From assembly GCA_051362555.1 (NCBI GenBank), contig CM120645.1, positions 2,666,001 through 2,730,000 of the forward strand: a stretch of DNA of 64,000 nucleotides. Direction: 5' to 3'. The DNA comes from Lingula anatina. Its lineage: Eukaryota; Animalia; Brachiopoda. The translations under genes were made by a program, and so were the position numbers. Shown piece by piece: positions 40,101 through 52,598 of the stretch. The notes beneath the pieces are model-generated. The model ran no database searches, was not told where the DNA came from, and worked only from the letters and a program-made list of their open reading frames with translations. Numbering within the stretch: position 1 is the stretch's first letter; every line of letters starts with the position of its first letter.

Positions 40101-40740
40101 GAATTTCCATCAGCCTAATGTTCGAGCTGGCAATTATTTCGAGTTCCTTGCCGATCAAGTAGAGGTTGGTCAAGGCCCTGTCGTTAGTGCTATTAAGCAC
40201 GCTCCAAGTGATCTCCTCATCGAGAGTTTGGTTGACCTTCAAAGCGATCTCGTTTCTTTTGTTGTCCATGTTATCTAGCCTAAAATAAACAGATGATTGT
40301 AGATAATAATAGATTGTAAGAAAAGATCTAGAGGGATGAAACGCCTTGTAGGGGAATCTAACTTAACTCGAGAAAATGAAGGTTTTTACAGTAGACGAAA
40401 AACGAGACTTTAACAAAATTAATAACAACAACAACAGCAACAACAACAATAATAATAATAATAATACCTTTGGCAGGTCCCAGGTGTCAAACTTCCACAT
40501 TGAAACGTCTGTGCTAAGTTTAGTCCGAGGCAAACAATGTCGTCCCAAAAATTGCTAAGCACAAACTTGAAAACCGCGCCAAGCGCTGAAATCAGAAAAA
40601 TATGGTTAAATAGAAGACTTAAATTAACTGCAGCTGCAATAGACGAACACCGGTAATGCCATTGTCGCAAGCTATGAGGCCACATATTATAAAGGTGATG
40701 TAATTTTCTCTATGAAATTTCTTGAAAGTTATATACATAT

Positions 40741-40771
<31 letters not shown>

Positions 40772-42318
40772 TTGCAACATGAAGGTTTTTGAAAGGAGCC
40801 ATGTTGTCTACATTGTATCTATGTCTTGTTACCTACCTCTCCTCTCTCTGTGATGTACTTTGGGTTCACCCTGCAGTTCAAAGCTGTCTGTTTTCGTTGG
40901 CTTGGCCACTGCCACTGCTTTAAAAGAACACAGCAAAAAAGAACACATCAGATTAAAATCAATTTTTATGATCGCGAGCAGAGATAAATTTTGTGATTAA
41001 TACAGAATAAACATTCAGGTGATTTTATGGATGAAGGTGCAAAATGTTGGCCGAAAAGGAAAGTTGAAAGTTTGCTGCATAATCCGCTAATAGACACTGA
41101 GTAGATTCTTCGCGGGGATAATGCGACAGCTTTCAAGTGGGTCGACCATATTTGATCCGCGGGTTCGTTTGTCGGAGGATCAGTTTGGGTTGTGAATACA
41201 GCCAAAGTGTCCTTGATATATTTTAATTTGGCATCAATGTATTGTAATTTCCCGGATATATGATTTTATTTTCTCTTCCATCCTTAAATTGGACCTTACA
41301 TTTCCTGTGTAATAACAGTGAACATGAACTATGCCGAGTGCCACTACAGTTTGTGGGTGTCGTAAATTTTAGTTAGCGCGCCCATTAAAATCGCAGACAA
41401 TATGTTGGATGAGCTATTTAAACTCTGCGCATGAAGTTGCATATAAATTCACTTATATATGATATGTGGTCCTTCAACAACAGCGCGTCAACCAGTATCC
41501 AGTATTTTGCCCAGGCGAGTGTTGGTGGTGGCGGGGGAAGGCTTCACAAGGATAAATGTGATAAGGTTTGCTTGCCATTATATTTCAGGCACAATAATAG
41601 AATTTCTGCTTTATCTGTGCGCGTTGTTTTGCTCATTGTACTATGTTTGGAGAGGAAGAAGTTATATCTTAGAATTAAAGGGAGGCATTTGCCGCTTGTC
41701 CACTTGCCCCCACCCCCACCCCACCCTGCCTTGGATACATCATGACAAGTATATGTTCCTTAGTATTAATAAGCAGAAGAAGGAGGAGAAAAAAGTGTTC
41801 TTTTCAATGGTCACAATACCTGATTGACAAATTTCAATATGTACAGCATTTTATATTTTGATACTTACCTCTTTTATTGTTATGGCGATTGTCGTTTGCT
41901 TCATTAAGAACTTTCCTCTCAGGTCGATGAACATGTGGAAAAACTGAAATACGTAAAAGATGATGTTATAAATATGTAAGAAGTTCGTTTTGCTTTGCAG
42001 CGTATTTGTTCATCGGAGAATGATATCGTATCATAATATTAACTATTTAACTCACCACATCTACCAGTGTCTTTTTAAATTAATGTTGGTATAACTTATT
42101 TTTAAATTTAATTTTTTTTTTTTTTTTTTGTATATATTTTTCTTATACCCCTTCCGATTGGTTTGTTATTTTTGGTAATAACCACTGTTTCTTACTGTTT
42201 TGTTGAACTACGGTTTAGTCTCTTGGATTGACTTGTTTTCCTCACCTGGATGAAATTGTTGTGACAGGAGACACAGAATCATGGACAGCCACCACTTCGT
42301 CTTCACCGCGCCAGCCAT
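37129..42318 (-). CDS. Paralogue A: uncharacterised secreted prepro-protein, about 883 aa; exons 42318-42246, 41943-41869, 40917-40837, 40585-40468, 40279-39282, 38557-38346, 38223-37129
   Basis: All six junctions are GT-AG and phase-compatible. Signal peptide MAGAVKTKWWLSMILCLLSQQFHP, then RERR|ALGAVFKFVLSNFW. Exon-by-exon homology with paralogue B. Confidence 0.85.
40421..40466. repeat. (AAC)n/(AAT)n microsatellite abutting a splice donor
   Basis: Seen directly in sequence. Confidence 0.9.
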
Positions 42319-42587
42319 TTTTACCTTCTTTTGAAATCTGAAACAAAAATTTGACTTATGAGTGTCATAGACAGAAAAAAAGACATCGCCATTTTTTTTA
42401 TATTTCATTGCTTGATTTAGGACGATCTTAGGCGGAAATGGTTATATTTTTATTAATATTCAGCGGTTGGGGCGAGACATCGTCTGCTCGTCACTGACTT
42501 TCACAGATATACAGCGAGGTTTCTCCTTAGCTTCCATCAGGTCAGAGATAGATGTTGCATTGGTATCAGTGCCATGTGGCTTTTTAC

Positions 42588-42794
42588 GGGGTACATTCCG
42601 AACAAGATGATTAGCGGACTAACAGATCTGCGTATCAGGTATGGCCGACCACATGAAAGCTTGCCGTATAATCCCCTAACAGACACTGGAAAGGTTCCCC
42701 GCGGGGGTTTACGCGGCAGGCAGTCAAGTGGATCGGCCATATTTGATCCTCGGATCTGTTAGTCCGCGGATCAACTTTGGTCGTGAATGCATCC
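42588..42794. mobile_element. Second copy of the Tourist-like palindromic MITE
   Basis: Shares ggccatatttgatcc...gtcc.cgga.caactttggt.gtgaatgca.cc with 1636-1695. Confidence 0.65.
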
Positions 42795-43033
42795 AAAGTC
42801 TGCATGGCGAGTCATTAAGTCGACATCGTCACGATAATAAATCAAGATTAAAAACCAATTTACGTACTCGACTTACTCAAACACATGAAATTATGTGCTT
42901 AGTTCATGGGTAAGTGCATTTAAAACATACATTAATGGGGTCAGATATCTTGACGAGTGTTACAAATCTAATTTTTTATTTTAGAGAAATGAAGGAGAAG
43001 TTTTAATGAGACTCTGGATTTTATTGTATTATA

Positions 43034-43073
<40 letters not shown>

Positions 43074-43765
43074 TTTTTTTTGGTCACTGTTTCTTGCTAT
43101 ATTAATTCTCAATAACCATTTTAGATTTAAAAGAAGAAATTTTCTGTCAAAGTTGGGGGATCTGGCAATAATCTGATTGCGTCCAATGAGACTTTCCGTA
43201 GAGCTAGTGAGCATTTGTTAGATCGACGTAATTAACTCCCTGTGAACGGTCCCTTTGACTCAATTTAAATTTACCAGTAAACGCATCTAAATGGCGTGAC
43301 ACTTCTTTTCATATTTTAAGTCAGCGCCTGTACTTGTATCGAGGGATATACAGGAGAGTCGCTGTCCGCCCACTACTTCTCTTCAACACGGATTTCCGTC
43401 TTCAAAAATATACATGTACACCTGGGGATAGCAGCCGTTCTTAACCACTGGAGAGTAATATCAGAGGCGATAATAATTATCTAGAGTTTAGGAAACATCA
43501 CTTTACACACAGGATAACTGTCCAGAGGATAAAAATTCCATACAATGGATAGTGTTATCCAGAAGGGGAGGGCTGTCCACTGTTCACTATCTAGGTCAAG
43601 ATATTAAACTGGGCCCAGGTCTTCTGAGCTATTTACATGTAACAATATCTGAAATACCTTTCATGCTATTTGAAGTCATTTGAAGGTATTTAATCTAAGA
43701 CAGTAATATAATGTAGATCAAATTATTTCGGTCGTGCCTGTCCGGTGAAATGAGAAATCGGTTTT

Positions 43766-43934
43766 CAGGCCCGTAGCCAGCAATTTCAAAAGGGGGGTTC
43801 TTTTTCTGAAAAAGTGGACCTTTTAACATAAACACTTCATGTACCTAGATCAAATTTTACCCAGAGTGGACCTTTTCCCAGCAAAAGGGGCGGTTCTTTC
43901 GAACCCCCCCGAACCCCCCCTGGCTACGGGTCTG
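43766..43934. mobile_element. 169-bp MITE, copy 2, 5-bp TSD GTTTT
   Basis: gtttt|CAGGCCCGTAGCCAG...CTGGCTACGGGTCTG|gtttt; reverse complement of 26328-26495. Confidence 0.88.
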
Positions 43935-43962
43935 GTTTTCATAGTAGAATTTTCTGTTCACG

Positions 43963-43998
<36 letters not shown>

Positions 43999-45117
43999 CG
44001 AACAGGCAAATGAACATTACGCATGCGAATATATGCAAACACGCGAACACTCACGGGAACTTTCATATGCATGTAGCAAACAAACCAATACACTTACAAT
44101 CAGAAACATACACAACCATTGGTTGTTCGTAACAAACCTTGTATTTCTACCCAAGGACCCGCCGATTCCTCGCTGCTCAATTTTGGAATTCTGTCGAGCC
44201 GGATCCACTGTACGTTGAATGCTGCTCCTAGTCAAATATCTGGATTGATTGCATTACAAATTTATATACGATGGGATTTGGAATTTTACTCATATCCTGG
44301 TTGCGGTAATTATTAGCATGAGCGTCAAATAACAGTAAATAATATAAACGGATGTGCGAAGCGCATGGTGTGGTTTTCTGACCATTAGTGGCACGCCTTC
44401 GATAACGGCAGAATAACAAGTGCTAAATATATATACGGAAATAGAGGAAGCGGAACAAGAAGAACTTGTTTTTGCTACAGAACTCTAGCCCAGAAACTGG
44501 TCTTAACTATTCGACCAGAGATTTGCTCTCTTCCGGCTCAAGATACATGTACGCCCATAGCAGTCCATTTAGATAAAATGCATGTACAGTTATTATTGGT
44601 CTGAGCATGGAAGTATATCTACACATGTACTTCCATGGTCTGATCATGAGATACTGTAAAAGCCATGTATATGTTTCTTGCTCTAAGCTTGGACGCATTG
44701 AACATTGCGTCCGAGCTCTAAATTCCGTTTAGCTTGACCGATGATGAATTTAATTGCGAAATTCGACCACTGCCCATTAAGCTTCTACCGGTGCTCTTGA
44801 TCCTTAGAAGTTACTCATTATGCACATTAAAAAAGTTAGGCGACCGTCCTTTCTGTTGTCACGCTATTTATGTGATGTTTGAATCCAGGTCAAAAGCTCA
44901 TGCAGATCAAAATTCACGAAACAACTCGATCAATAATAATATTAATAAGTCAAATGTTGGTTTAAACGAAGTATTAGGCCTATTTATTAAGTCAGAACGG
45001 AAAGTTTATTTGAAATAATCTATATTAATAACTTATTATTTGCCCAAAGTTGGTCTGATGATATTGTCTGATGGGTCAAACAATGGTTTTAAAATAAAAG
45101 AATAACTTTGACGTGAT

Positions 45118-45239
45118 AGATACAATACGAGTCGCCGAGCTGTAGGCCTACGTGAAATATTACGAGTGTATTGGCGAGCCGCCGGCGAGACAATACACGA
45201 GTAATTTTCACGTACAGCTCGGCGACGAGTGTTGTATCT
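45118..45239. repeat. Long imperfect palindrome with ~50-bp arms
   Basis: agatacaa...gtcgccgagctgta...acgtgaaa...gtgtattg pairs with caatacac...tttcacgtacagctcggcgac...ttgtatct. Confidence 0.8.
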
Positions 45240-46550
45240 GGCTTAAACCACGGCCTCTGATTGGCTACTACACTAGTAGTGCAACAGACCGTGGAACGCA
45301 CTCGTACATGACGTGCTTGTATGTCGAATCATAGAAGTAGAGAAAACATCTATGGTCGAATGTAGCACGGCCGAGTCTTTTCTTCTAACATGTGGACAGT
45401 AAACAGAAGTCGACTCAACCGTTACGGGACAGGCTTTTCTATTTCCGAAAAAGTCTGACCAGATGCACCGACGAAATGTTGTCCTTTTTCGTGCAGCGTG
45501 CAAAGATGATATAGGCCTATTATGTTGTGAAATGAGTTTCTGGCTGGTGCAGTAGTGACGTTAGGCCTACTGTTGACGTCACCGGAAGGTATTTTTAGGG
45601 CGCTACTCATAGCATTCGTGACAGGATTTATTAAACAAGGTAAAAGTCAAAGCCAAGGGGATTGAGTATAAAGTAATGAATTGCACATATAATAAATGGA
45701 AGGGGGCGAAACATTATTGTGACACCGGTACATGTAGGCCTATAGGACTATAATATATCAGGTATATTTTCTTCCTCTTTTTTGTTTGACGTATTTCATT
45801 TATCCAGCTCACTGCAATTTGCATACCGTAATACCCCATCTCAACCTGCTTTTTATTCGTTTCAAATTAAAATCTTTTGTCTGTCTGTCTGTCTGTCTGT
45901 TCACAACATTACCAAAAAAAGGTGCGGATACATTTAGATGGGTTGCTCAGAAATTGTCTGGTTGCGGACTAAGTAACAAACGATTAGATTTTAGGCGGTG
46001 ATCGAGTGATTAATAAAATCAGTCAATTATTCAAGTAAGTCTGTGTGTTAGGAACATTAAGCAAAAAAGTGACCTCGTTATAACTTATGGGTAGCAGCTC
46101 GATAGAGGGCGACAGGTGTCAAAAAAAAAAAAAAAAAAAAAAAAAAAAACACGCAACCCCATTAACTTTCCAGAGACCGCGATGGCGTCAATTCTATGCT
46201 CAAATTCCGTCAACACAACATGGCACAATCAACGAAATTCATTCAATTATCACCAAAAAGAGCCCTTACCCGTTGCAGAGCATGGGTTGTGTATCTCGTC
46301 GTCTGCATCAGCGTCTGGTTATATTAAGAATATATCAGGGTCTTTTGATACATTTAGGTAGACGGCGAGCGACACACGTGCAATTCTTGATTCAACTAAA
46401 CCTTGAAGCGTTCACAGGGGTATTGTTTGGGAAAAATTCGTGTCTTTTTCAACTTCCTAGACAAAAGGCAGATAACCATTATGCTATTTTTTAATGAATG
46501 CATAAATAAAATAAATAAATAAAAGCAACTCGGAGGCCATGGCAGTTAAA

Positions 46551-46860
46551 AGGGATAATTACTCTTCGTATGGGTCTATATTTCACAATAAAACATTGCG
46601 AACAACTCATAGAAATATAATATGTTCTGTTTTACCACAAAACAGCAGTTATAGCTATTATTCTGATATCTGGGCTTGTCTTTAGATCACGTGACCACCA
46701 TTGATGGCTATACTCTGTTATAATCTCTTAAGAGGTATTAAGAAATAAACAAACTTTTTAGAAAAACAAGGGACTAACTTTGAATGTAAAAATGGATTCA
46801 TTAACCATTGGTAAGTATGGGAAAATTCATTTTTGGCCAAAACGAAGAGTTATTATCTTT
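46551..46860. mobile_element. ~310-bp TTAA MITE, copy 2
   Basis: Colinear with 19490-19802; ttaa on both sides. Confidence 0.8.
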
Positions 46861-47282
46861 TTAAGATTTAAAACACTGGGATTAAAAAAAAAAAAGATGG
46901 TTCTTGGCTGTTTATTTGAAAATTCTTTGGTCTCATTATAGCTACATATTTTAATCGTGACAACAACTTTTACCTGATTTAAATTTTAAAAAGAACCAAC
47001 TGCAATATGGTTCAATAATCTTTTGAATGTAATTTACATTTTCATTGATAAATAACAACGTATTTTAAATAGTTGCAAAATCATTCAGAATGAGTTTTGT
47101 GTGTCGTTAAGTGTAGCGCCCTAGTACAACACGTACTTTGCAGCAAAAACGAGCAAATTTGAACAATCTGTATCAAATGCCTAAACCTCACCGCATAATG
47201 AACTTGACGTGTTTGTAATATGTAAGCTCTTTGTAAACAAATACGTAGGTCTAGTTCTAAAAGATGTTTGACATCTATCAAA

Positions 47283-50200
47283 TTATTTTCGACCCCAAGA
47301 AAAACTTGGGAACGTTGGAAGCCTTATATTTTTGAACATATCTCTTATGCGCTGCAGTAGCTCTTCGGATATTGTTGGACTTGGTGGCGTAGTGGTTGTA
47401 GTTGTAGTAGTGGTTTCCGCAGGGCAGGTGATCGTAACGACTCTGTAAAGAGCAAGATCGACGCCGTCGTACGTGTCGGCATTGGGAAGGACATTGACGG
47501 CGATTTCCTTAAGGACGTCTTCAATGGTGCATTCCCCGCCACCACAACCCGTTGGATACTTAGTGACCAACTTTCCAACAATTGCGCTAACAGATTGGTC
47601 AAAATCAACTCCAGATGAAATGTAGTCGGTGACGTCGGGGTCTATCGTCTTAACCTGGTTACTGGTCATCCACGTATCTAGCTCCGCTTCGCTTGTTATG
47701 CTTCCGCTGCGGATGCATTTCAGTGGATACCCAGTGTACTCGTCTCTATCGGGGAACGCCAGGGCAATGAGGCGGAGTAGGTCGTATTTGGAGTCGAATG
47801 GTTTGGAAAGCGTGACCGCGTTTGCCATCATCTGGTCAATGGATTCGTCGCTTTGGACCCAGATCATGACTTGTGCCACCATCTCGGCCACTCGGTATAG
47901 CTGGACCATTTGGTACTTGGATTCCGTGAGGTTACTCAGGAAGTAGGCCTGGGCGTGCAAAATGGTCTCGTTGGTGATGGAAGCGTTCGGCCAAGCGGCG
48001 ATGTAGTTCTTGATTGGGTTCAACTCGGCAGCGTCTCTTAAGAAAATGCAGAGGGAATCTTGGCAGTCCGGGTCGGCGGCGATTCCGGTGGAGTCCTCGC
48101 TCACATCAAACATGCTGACGATATCATAGAAGTTATTTTTCACTGTATCAAAGTAATTCTCTTCGTCGGTTATCAGGACTTCCAATTCGGCCATCTTTTC
48201 ATCGATCTCGTCGGAGGCTTTGTTGACCCGCCTTTCGATTTCTTCGACTTGTTCGTCCACTGTAATGCTGCTTTCTGCGGCAATGTATATGCACAGCCCG
48301 ACGTTGAGCAAAGAACCGATGTTGGCCATATTAACAAAGGTACTGACTTTGATCTGAAAGAAAAACATCCTCGTTTTAGTATGATTTAAAGAAAGTTTTG
48401 ACTTTTTAAACTTTTGAAATAGAAAAATTGATTAAAATGTATCCACATTTTTGGCATATATATCATAACTGAAAAAAATGTATGTCAAATATTTGATTAA
48501 AAAACCTGTGCGTATTAACAATAATAACATTTACTGGTTCTAGATAATTAATAATAATAATATGACCTTCCAAGAAATTACAATAATGATATATGCCACT
48601 ATATTCTAAAGACCGACGGGGGAGCAACCATTGGTTGTTAACCACGTGATTTAAAGCTTGAGTTTGTATCACTCATCTGCATTTAAACACGAAATGGTAT
48701 CAAAGAGAGTCGCCATTTTCTATCTTTTCACTCCGTGGGTGGGTGTGGATGGGTGGATGGGGGGGGGGGGCACACTGATCAGGGAATTAAGTAATTATTT
48801 AAAATTGTATTCATACGCGTAGGTGTGATACGGAAGTAGACTACGTCAGGCAGTTTTTTGTTATTATGCAATGGAGGGGCCTACTTCTTGCACTGTCATT
48901 GATCATGAACACGAAAGATTCCTTATTCAAAACCTTTGGGGCAATAGGAAGCTCTGATGTATATCTTTAAACTGCCGATACACTCATTCCTAGTAAGGTT
49001 AGCGAGAGCAATTACCTTCCTTCCTTGGAAATCAAACAGTTGTTTGTTCGCAATGGACGCCCAGCCAGACTTAATTTTCTCCCAGCTAAACGATTTTACA
49101 CTTTTGGCGGGTGCATCGAAGTCGAAATTCTTCAAGCCGTCAACTTCAAGGTTTGCTTGCTTGACTTTATTCATGTATTCGTTGAAATCGTCACCTACCA
49201 GACCTTTGGACTGCGAGATAAAGGCGCCTGCATCAGAAAGCAAACTGTTAATGCCAATGAGAGAGAGAGAGAGAGAGAGACTGACTTTGTTAGGCCCGAT
49301 GTAAAATATGATGTTTCGGTCAAATATTTTCGCGAGCTGTCCCATAAAGAAGTGAACAGTTAACGTCCAAGGGATTTTAAAAATTAAAGCAGAGGGCACG
49401 TTTCTTCAAATCTTGACGTTGTGGATTAGTTTTTCAGAACGACCAAATGTGATCCATTTATGAGCAAAATAAGCACCAAAAGAACCTTATTAATGGGATT
49501 CAGACCAAAAAATTTACAATAGACAGAGATTGCTTCTCAGAACAAATTCAAAGAAAAATTATGAAAACTGTCTCAGACGGATACAAATAAATAAACAAAG
49601 AAAAAAGAGAAAAATGCCATCTGTTTTTGAATGTGATAACATAACTCACCAAGTTTCCCTTTTTTCTCCAGATCTGCCAGTAGGTCTGGGCTAGCCGCTT
49701 TCAGCTTGTTGTACGCGTCCACAGCCGCTATATCACTTGGGTCGAAAATGCTTAATGTTTGACTCATCCATTTTGGCATGGTTGTGTCCGCAAACTCGGC
49801 GCTAAACATCACCTTCGGGTCTTTGGTTTTAGCGGTTTCGACAAACTCGTCAAACTGCTGTGTGGTCAGTCCGTCGGTTGATCGCAGAAAAGCCGGGAGA
49901 TGGCCCGTCGACTTCAGTTTCTGCAGGTAGTCAGGTTCCAGCCTCATCAAACTGGCTACTTGTTTAGCCCGATTGTAGTCAACGGATTCCAAAAAGGACT
50001 TCGTAGCCGCACTCTGGCCCGCTGGCATCATGAACTTCCAAAATGACCCAACCTTACCAGTTTCGCTGAGCTTGGCGTAGACTTTCAGTTTTCCTAGATT
50101 GCCTGGCTCCTGTTGGACGATGAACATTTTCCCATTTTTATCATACGCGAGTTGATACGAGCCTCTTGCCCCGACTAATTCTACGACTTGGTAATTCTGA

Positions 50201-52598
50201 GACTGGCTAAGCGCCCATGTTCTTGCCGTAGTCGTGATCAAACCTGTGTGCATAGCCAGGATGGGAATCAAGGTCATCATTGCAAGCATAGCAAAATCTT
50301 TCTTATAATAATCGGCGATTTCCGATTCCAGTTCCTCTGTCGTGGCCCTCATGCCGTTTATGAACTCTGTGAGGTTTGCCCTGAATCGTATCTGCTGCTC
50401 AACTACTTCGTCATTATTATCGGGAACGTATACCGTCTCATTCTCCTCGACGACGCTGATGGTTCGCAGAATCTCCATGAGCCGAATGTTCGAGCTTGCG
50501 ATGACTTCAAGCTCCTTGCTGATCTTGCTGATGTAATCAATGGCTTCGTCGTTGGTATAGTTTAGCACGGACCAGTAGACCTCGCGCTCTAATGTCGCGT
50601 TGACCTTGGCGGTGATCTGAGCTCTCTTGGCATCTAGCTCATCTAGCCTACGATAGATAAGTGTAAATTGTGAAAAAAAAACGAATATTCAGGAGATTTT
50701 TAAATGCAAGTTAATGTTCGTGAGATGTTCGCGCTATTGCTATTTCTAGAGAAAAATATTTTCACCATTTCACGAATCAATGCATGGTCCTGCACTCTAC
50801 TTCTGTACCGTCTAATTAAAGGGACGAGAATGAAAAATGAATGCTGGCTACATGTAGCTCAGAAGCTAATAAACCCGTGGTCTGCCAGCGGGTCCTGGTA
50901 GAACGTGAAAACACTCACTTACTTTTTACAGTTCCCGGGGGTGAGACTTCCACAGTCCAGCTGCTGCGCCAACAACATACCGGCACACGCGATATCGTCC
51001 CAAAAATTGGAGAGCACAAATTTAAAAACTCCGCCAATTCCTGAAATGTTGTAACACATGTAGTTATACATGACCTCTATAGCAATTTGACATAAGAATA
51101 TTATGTGCTATCTATAATAGATCCACGAAAGTTTACATTAATTAATTTCTATATGAGAGAGAGAGAGAGAGAGAGAGAGTAAATTGTGGTATTTTAACTC
51201 ACCTCTTTTCTGTCTGTGGTGAATTTGGGTATCTGAATGCTTCTCTGAGCTGCTGATCTCTGGGAAATGACGCGCAGCTGCTTAAAAAAGAAGAGTAAAA
51301 ATCACCCCACGTGAATATACAACTTTACGCAGAGACACATGCCTTTCTTTGGACAAAATATAAGTTACGGAATTTTTTTTCTTTAGTATCATGATTGGTA
51401 TTCTGTTTGTCTGTGTTTATTATCTCTCAGTTCCTGTTAGTAGATCACAACGACTTGCATTGAGAAATAATTACGTTGTAATTGAAATATTGGGAATTAT
51501 TTTACATTTCCACACCTCATAATGAGATTACAGTCAGAAACGATAAAGAATCATGAGTTTGGGCCTTATTTTAGCGTAGACCACTACTATTACTTTTTTG
51601 GCAGGCAGGTTTAGAAATATAATTTGCGACAGTTATAGCCGACAAGATGAACATAACCATAAATAAAAATTACTGTGACATTACAATACTATCCAAAAAG
51701 TAATTTAAAAAGAAATCGTCACTTTTCAGTTGGTTGCTTCGAATGGCACTCTGACACATTGATAGTTACATGTACCCCTTCTAACATGCAGAGATTGACC
51801 AGCACTATTCATCATTATGACGGCCGTATAATTTGGCCTGGGTCTAATTGTGCAGACAGTCTATTCACTTTTAACAGTTGGTCTAAAATAACCCTTGGCC
51901 TTTATATACGCCGGGGTTGAACCCCCATTAGAAAACACCGTATGTACGTGAATGGTTCACTTTTTGGTCGTTATTGGCGCATTGTCCTCAGTGACGTGTG
52001 ATAGTGGTAAATTATTGACAATAATGTGTTAAAATTTCGTGTACATTTATTCCACTGTTCTCCTCCCCCCTTCCTTCCTTCCCCCGTTATTGTGCCGTTT
52101 ACAGGTATTCAAAAATATAAATAAATAAATAAATAAATAAATAAAGGACCTTATTAATGACTCAAACAAAACGGATTCCAAAAATTCTTTTTCAGCGAAA
52201 ATGGAAAAGAAACTGTACCTCTTTTAATGATGCGATGATAGCCGTCTTTCTCTGTTAAAACTTTCTTCTCTGCCGGTAAGGAATGCGCAATGGCTGAAAC
52301 CAAAACATTAATGTGATCTTTTATATCTACCAGGTCACTCCTTGTCCCCATTTGTAACATTTTTCAAGGTTGTTGCTAGTTACAATTATTCGACTTTATT
52401 TAATTTCAACATTCCTTTAAATATTCTGTTAAGGACGGGTTCTCCTGTCAGTTTTCACGCACTGTATAAAAAATGATAAAAAAAGACAAGAGGGAAAGAA
52501 AGTTTGGGTTCCTCACCTGGATAAAATTGCTGTGTCACCAAACATATCACCATAGACAGCCACCATTTCTTTTTCAAAGCGTCGCCTCGCCCGGCCAT
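47283..52598 (-). CDS. Paralogue B: uncharacterised secreted prepro-protein, about 877 aa; exons 52598-52517, 52293-52219, 51280-51203, 51040-50923, 50647-49650, 49227-49016, 48353-47283
   Basis: Same intron phases as paralogue A, and identical lengths for exons 2, 4, 5 and 6 (75, 118, 998, 212 nt). RQKR|GIGGVFKFVLSNFW; ends WGRK-stop. Confidence 0.85.

Noticed and set aside
37310-50565. Plus-strand ORFs overlapping exons of paralogues A and B
   Set aside because: Antisense shadows of the minus-strand coding exons.
37129-52598. Endogenous retroviral env origin for paralogues A and B
   Set aside because: No LTR, gag or pol nearby, six conserved introns, furin site near the N-terminus and no C-terminal TM anchor. 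Only functional analogy is retained.
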